From the human T2T-CHM13v2.0 reference genome, Homo sapiens, in NCBI RefSeq assembly GCF_009914755.1, contig NC_060927.1: a stretch of 64,000 nt of DNA. The stretch is one strand, 5' to 3'. Made by a program: the position numbers and the translations under genes. Positions 55,521 to 64,000 of this stretch are shown in pieces. The notes beneath the pieces are model-generated. The model was not told where the DNA came from, searched no databases, and saw only the letters and a list, made by a program, of their open reading frames with translations. Positions within the stretch are counted from its first letter, which is position 1; every line of letters begins with the position of its first letter.

Positions 55521-57086
55521 AAGCAAAACAAAAAGAAACAGTTCACAAACTTTAATAATGAAACAAGGGGGAAAGCTGGGAGCATTGAGTAATATTTACA
55601 TTAGGTAAAAAAAGTTTTTGGTTTAAAGTTATCTCCAAAAGATTGGTAAAATCATTAAGTTATCAAGAACCATTTACCAATTGACTAATAACTCAAAGCT
55701 TACTGAGTCTTCTTTGGTAGCCTATAATCTAAAGAGAAAATAATCTTCAGCTGGCGTCTACTTCAGTAAATAATATTTTTCAACTGACTCCAACAAGTAA
55801 TACACATCCTAACTACTTAGTTATTAGTAAAAGAAAAATGAAACGGAAAAATAATTATCTGCAGTTTAAGAAACCTCAAGGACCATCTCCACAATAAAGG
55901 CTATCCTAATTCTCTCTGGTCCCTTTAAAGGATCATTATGCATTTTCTTAGGTTATTTTAGTGTCTGCAGTGACCACAACCACCTTCTGATGAAACTCCT
56001 GCCCCACAGCCCCTGCAAGGAAGCAGGGCTAGGTCAGATCAGCTACCAGCAGAACAAACAATAGTAAACAACACACCCAAGGGCACACACTCTACAAGCC
56101 AACCAAACTCTATGTTATAACCAACCTGACCTCCTTAGGAGATGAACATAACATTTATCAAAGTGACAAAAATTACACACTCAGTGCTTGACTAGTCAAC
56201 TGGCACTATACATTAGTCACAGAAGGCATCTTGTGTGCATTGGTAGTAATGCCTCTCTCATGCCACCAATTATCAAAGGCCAGTGATTTTCAAACATTAT
56301 ACCGGAGGTGCCTCAAAGGCCACCTGGTGGTACTAATGGCTGTCTTAGGAGAGTCAGGCCCCCCAAGCACATAAAGGCTGCAGCGAGCCAAGATCATGCC
56401 ACTCCACTCCAGCCTGGATGACAGGGTGAGACCCTCTCTCTCTCAAAAAAAAAAGTCCTTCTTGGCCAGGTGCCATGGCTCATACCTGTAATCCTAACAC
56501 TTTGGGAGGCCGGGGTGGGCAGGTCACTTGAGGCCAGGAGTTCGAGATCAGCCTGGCTAACATGGCGAAACCATGTCTCTACTAAAAATACAAAAAACTT
56601 AGCCAGGCATGGTGGTGGGCACTTGTAATCCCAGCTACTCAGGAGGCTGAGGCACAAGAATGGCTTGAACCTGGGAGGCAGAGGTTGCAGTGAGCTGAAA
56701 TCACACCACTGCCCTTCAGCCTGGCAAAAGAATAAGATTATTTAAAAAAAAAAAAAAAAAAAAAAAGGCCTTCTCTTGCTGTTACAAGATGTCTTAGAAA
56801 AAATCCTTCTCTAATCTTTTAACAGTTAAATCCTTGTTTCCAAAAGCATGGCACACATGCCAGTGGAGATGTTATATGGCGCAGAGCCCTTCTAAAATTT
56901 TAATAGTTATATGTACTGTACTTAATTTAATGTGTATTAGGAAAAAAGACCTAACACTCAAAATCAATATATCATGGATACAAATGCTTAAGATATAGCT
57001 AAGTAAAAAAAAGGGGCAGAGGGATGTGAAGAATCCAGTTAAAGAAAAATATTAATAGTACAAATAATATGACAAGGAATGACTGA

Positions 57087-57410
<324 letters not shown>

Positions 57411-57733
57411 TGAGTGCCTGACCTCAAGTGATCCACCCGCCTTGGCCTCCCAAAGTGTTAGAATTACAGGCATGAGCCACCGTGCCCAGCCTCAAACTGT
57501 TATTTTTTAAATCGTCAACTTTCCCAACACTATTTGCTCCAAACAAACAAAAAACTATTTCCCATTGATATGTAAGGCTCTAATGGTACCTTCTATTCCT
57601 ATGGCCTATCATTTTAATCAATTCTCTACAGTGAAAGACAGCAGGAAGATGGACAGAAACCAAGTCCTTACATTATTTCAACTATAAATTCAATTGTGCC
57701 TTGAGTCAGGCTTACCTGTGAACTTTGCAATAA

Positions 57734-57973
<240 letters not shown>

Positions 57974-58880
57974 TAAATTTTCTGTAGATATGGAGTCTTG
58001 CCATGTTGCCCAGGCTGGTCTCAAACTCCTGGCCTCAAATGATCCTCCTGCCTCCCACCTCCCAAATTGCTGGGATTATAGGCCACTACATCCGGCCTTC
58101 CTGTCACTTTTAACAGAAAGAATCATGGTTGCTTTTTTTCCTTGATGGCAGAAAGCACTACTGTATCTTAATTCATTAGATCTCAACATTCTTCCTGGCT
58201 TTGTATCAGACTGCATTTATGGGAAGTTTGACTCTTTCCCCTATCAGCTGGGATTAATATAATCCTTCTCAGTTCCTAAATAGAAGCACTTGGTAAGGGT
58301 TAGTTATATCCCATTCTTTGTAAGTTGTTATATCATCTTTAATATCCAACCATCTAAATGCTGAACTACTCAGCCATTTTTGTCAAAATCACTAACTCAT
58401 CACAATATCTCATTAAACCAGTCCAATACATCTTATTTAGCCATTCCTAAAGGAAATGATTCTTTTTTAAAAAAAAGAACTTTCTGTTATAATCCACTTA
58501 GACTAAATACCAAATTCTTTTGGCATTCATAGGATAATTTCTCCTGATACTTTTTCCAGGATAAATATAGATTTATAGAATATAGATGTTTAAATTTCAA
58601 CAAAGATATCTCTACAGCTTATCAGAAATCAATAGGAGATTCTCCCAGCACATAAATGCCTTGATAAACAGCTACTATTTTCTTCTGAGAAACACGTTCT
58701 TCAAGACCCATAAAGAGTACCTCACACACTGAACTGCCCTCAGAGGGGGCATAAAATGGTGGTTGGTTTCTACAAAGAGAACAAAAATAGTTTAAGATAA
58801 GATTTTTTTTTCCAGGCAATTGGGGAGATAAGAAATACAGTTGGGGCTCAAATCCAGAGATATCTAGTCCAGTTAGATGG

Positions 58881-59547
58881 TGCTATGGACTGAATCCCCC
58901 AAAAATTCACGTTAAAGCTCTAACCTCCAATCATATTTAGAGACAGGGCCTTTGGGAGGTAATTAGGTCATGAGTGTAGAGCTCACATGATGGCACTTGT
59001 GCCCTTATAAGAGGAAACACAAGAGATCTCTCTCTCTTTCTCTCTACCATGTGAGGACATAGCAAGAACACAGCCATCTGCAAGCCAGGAAGAGGACCCT
59101 CACCAGGAACAAAATTGGTAAGCAACTTCATTTTAAACTTTCCCCAGCCTCCAGAACCAAGAGAAATAGATTTCTGTTATTTAAGACATGCAGGCCAGGT
59201 GTGATGGCTTTTGCCAGTAATGCCAGCACTTTGGGAGACCAAGGCAGGTAGATTACTTGAGGCCAGGAGTGACCAGTCTGGCCAACATGGCAAAACCCTG
59301 TCTCTGCTAAAATTACAAAAATTAGCTGGGCATGGTGGCACACACCTGTAATCACAGCTACTCAGGAAGCTGAGGCACAAGTATGGCTTGAATCCAGAAG
59401 GTGGAGGTTGCAGTGAGCCCAGATGGTGCTACCGCACTCCACCCTGGACGACAGAGTGAGACCCTGTCTCAAAACAAAAACAAAACAAAACAAAATGATA
59501 CCCAGTCTTTTGGTATTTTGTTATAGTAGCCATAGCAGACTAATACA
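58881..59547 (+). mobile_element. MLT1A-like MaLR LTR split by an Alu
   Basis: tgctatggactgaat ... catgtgaggaca ... ggtattttgttatag..gactaataca. Confidence 0.8.
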
Positions 59548-60499
59548 GATGGTTTGTGGGAAGACAAGGCAAATATCTGAAAACAGGATGCACTGGTATG
59601 GTTACCATATGCACACATCCTATTCTTTTATCTTTCTAGCTTTTAGGAAACACAGTTAACTAGATATTCCCACCTGCCCTCACAGAAGGCAACAGACAAA
59701 ATATTAGCATTTTGCCTTCTTTCTTTTTCATTGTTGTTGTTACTTCTTATTCCACCATCCTAAGCCAAATCTTCAGCTTCTTCCTATCATCTCTTCTTCA
59801 CTTCAATTTTTTCTTTAAAGCCCAAATTTTCTTTAAAGTTCACATTTACTCACCTTGACTTTGGGCAAAAATAAATGAATACAGCTCTGCATCTTCAAAC
59901 TCTTAAGAGGCAGTGGGGAAGGATGGAAAGTACAGTACTGGTACCAAAACCATGTTTTGGTCCTAATTAGATGTGTCCTTGTGGGAAATCATTAGCCAGT
60001 CTATGCCTCAGTTTCTGCTTCCATAACATGAGGGTGTACCTTCCACATCAATGGTCCATTGTTGCTCACTGATGAAGTGGGGCAAGGTGAGCCTGAAGAA
60101 GTAAGGAGAGAGAAGACTATGTAGGGGATTGTGGGCTACATTAAAGAAGCTGCTGGAGAATTTTTAACCTTGAATGAGTCAAAAATACAGGCTGGGAAGG
60201 CGGGAGCTCAGCCACTACTGGTGAGGAACTATAGGAATTACAAATGCAACAGACAGCCTAACAGCAGCTCGGGAGGAAAAGCGAGATATAGAGATGGTAC
60301 AGGGTGCTGAGCAGGATTATGGACAGAAATTTGTGAGAAACTAGAACTGTTAGAAGAGCAGCAGCAGCAGTGGGAACAATGGACTGTATGTTCTTTGAAG
60401 CACAAAAGTTAACTTCAGGTGGAGTAAGTTACTTTTATAACTCTTACCTAATCTCAAAATAAAGTTTAAAAAAATAACAGCTCTAATTCACAGCATATA

Positions 60500-62370
<1,871 letters not shown>

Positions 62371-62532
62371 AATGGAAACATAGACACAATAATTCAAACC
62401 ATAAAAAGGCATAAAATCATAGTCTCTCTCCCATTGAGCTTGAGGTTTTCTTCCTTCAATAACCATTGTTAAACCATTTCCTATGTATCTTTCAAAGAAA
62501 AATTATGTATGTACTTTTTCTAACATAAATTA

Positions 62533-62646
<114 letters not shown>

Positions 62647-62648
62647 TC

Positions 62649-62679
<31 letters not shown>

Positions 62680-63028
62680 ATATTCTGTTCTGTTCTCACT
62701 GCTTTACACACTGCTTTTTTCCTTAAGATCTTGAAGATCATAGTATTTCAGTACATGATCTATTCATTAATTCTAAAGATGCTTTGAACTTTCCTGCTTC
62801 TTCCCTTGCTCATGCTTAAGAACTGATTCACCATTTATGCGCCTATCAAATTCCATCCAGCAGGGGAAATAAGTGATTTCTATTGCCTCTTTTTGTAATT
62901 TTTCCTCAATAAATATTGTGTATAATTTCTTAATTATATAAGCTGAAATTTTAAATTATGCAACCCTTAAGGTTCAAATCAATTTTCACCTTCCACCAGA
63001 AATTTTCACTTAGTCTCTGGACCACTGA

Positions 63029-63226
<198 letters not shown>

Positions 63227-64000
63227 TAGAGACGGAGTTTCGCCATGTTGGCCAGGCTGGTCTCGGACTCCTGACCTCAAGTGATCCACCCACCTCAGCC
63301 TCCCAAAGTGCTGGGACTACAGGCATGAGCCAGCACACCTGGCCGACTATATGCTCTTACTTGTCTCTTCAGTTAAATTCTGGAGAGCAGGGATTCTCAT
63401 GTCTTCATCTACTGATTAACATAATAGAATCCTTTGTGCATGTTAGGTACTTATTATGGCCTATGCAAATGGTCCCAGTGCTCCTATTATAATAGGTACC
63501 AACAAAAATTTAATGATGCTACCCTCATACTGATCCTGTATTACTTACAAAGGACGCTTAAGGTTAGGTAGGAATTCACTAAATGAGTAATACAGATAGA
63601 ATTCAAATAAACTAGACCAAAAGAGTAATTATTTCATTATTTCAGAAAAACTCAATAAATAATTACAATTGCTAACTTTATCAAGTGTTTTCCTTGTGCC
63701 AGGCACTGTATTGTATCAATTAATCCTCACAATACACTAGAAATGAGAACTATTATCATCTCACTTCATCTGCCCATGGCTATAAACTATTATCAGTTAG
63801 AAACCCTACCTTCAGGAAATCCAACTTTATGTCATTGACATAGGTCACGCTGGTCTTTTGTCCAAACAGAAGCAAGTATCTACTGTGCATTCCACAGGAC
63901 GGTAAAGCATTTTGCCAACTAAAGGATCACAAAAATGCTAAAAGCAGTTCATACAACTCAGAAAATAGCCCTGGGTACTATTATTACACTGAGTATTAGC

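Noticed and set aside
56183-56208. Palindrome ttgactagtcaa resembling a Y RNA end
   Set aside because: The rest of the Y RNA sequence is absent; a 12-bp palindrome is expected by chance in 64 kb.

Overview
Human (primate) genomic DNA, very rich in Alu (roughly 65 full or partial copies by my count) and L1. It contains most of DENND6A (FAM116A, a DENN-domain Rab GEF) on the minus strand. I assembled 19 coding exons by hand (exons 2-20, 52806 down to the TGA at 8589). All introns are GT-AG with consistent phase, giving 1590 nt (529 aa plus stop) followed by a ~2.8 kb 3' UTR. Exon 1 and the promoter lie beyond the right edge. Nearly every ORF in the supplied track is an Alu or L1 artefact. Three unexplained structures stand out. 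(1) An L1PB-like insertion in intron 9 carries two inverted copies (233 bp and ~21 bp) of its own 5' flanking DNA, and the long copy ends at the target-site nick. This looks like template jumping during TPRT and leaves a near-perfect non-Alu hairpin. (2) Intron 12 holds a candidate frame-preserving 27-nt microexon whose 3' splice region has a diverged duplicate lacking the AG. (3) A unique island in intron 9 has splice and polyA signals on both strands. Also present: an inverted Alu pair in the 3' UTR, a poly(A)-only TPRT scar and non-B DNA tracts. Repeat subfamily calls and gene identity are from memory, not from a search, and repeat boundaries are approximate.
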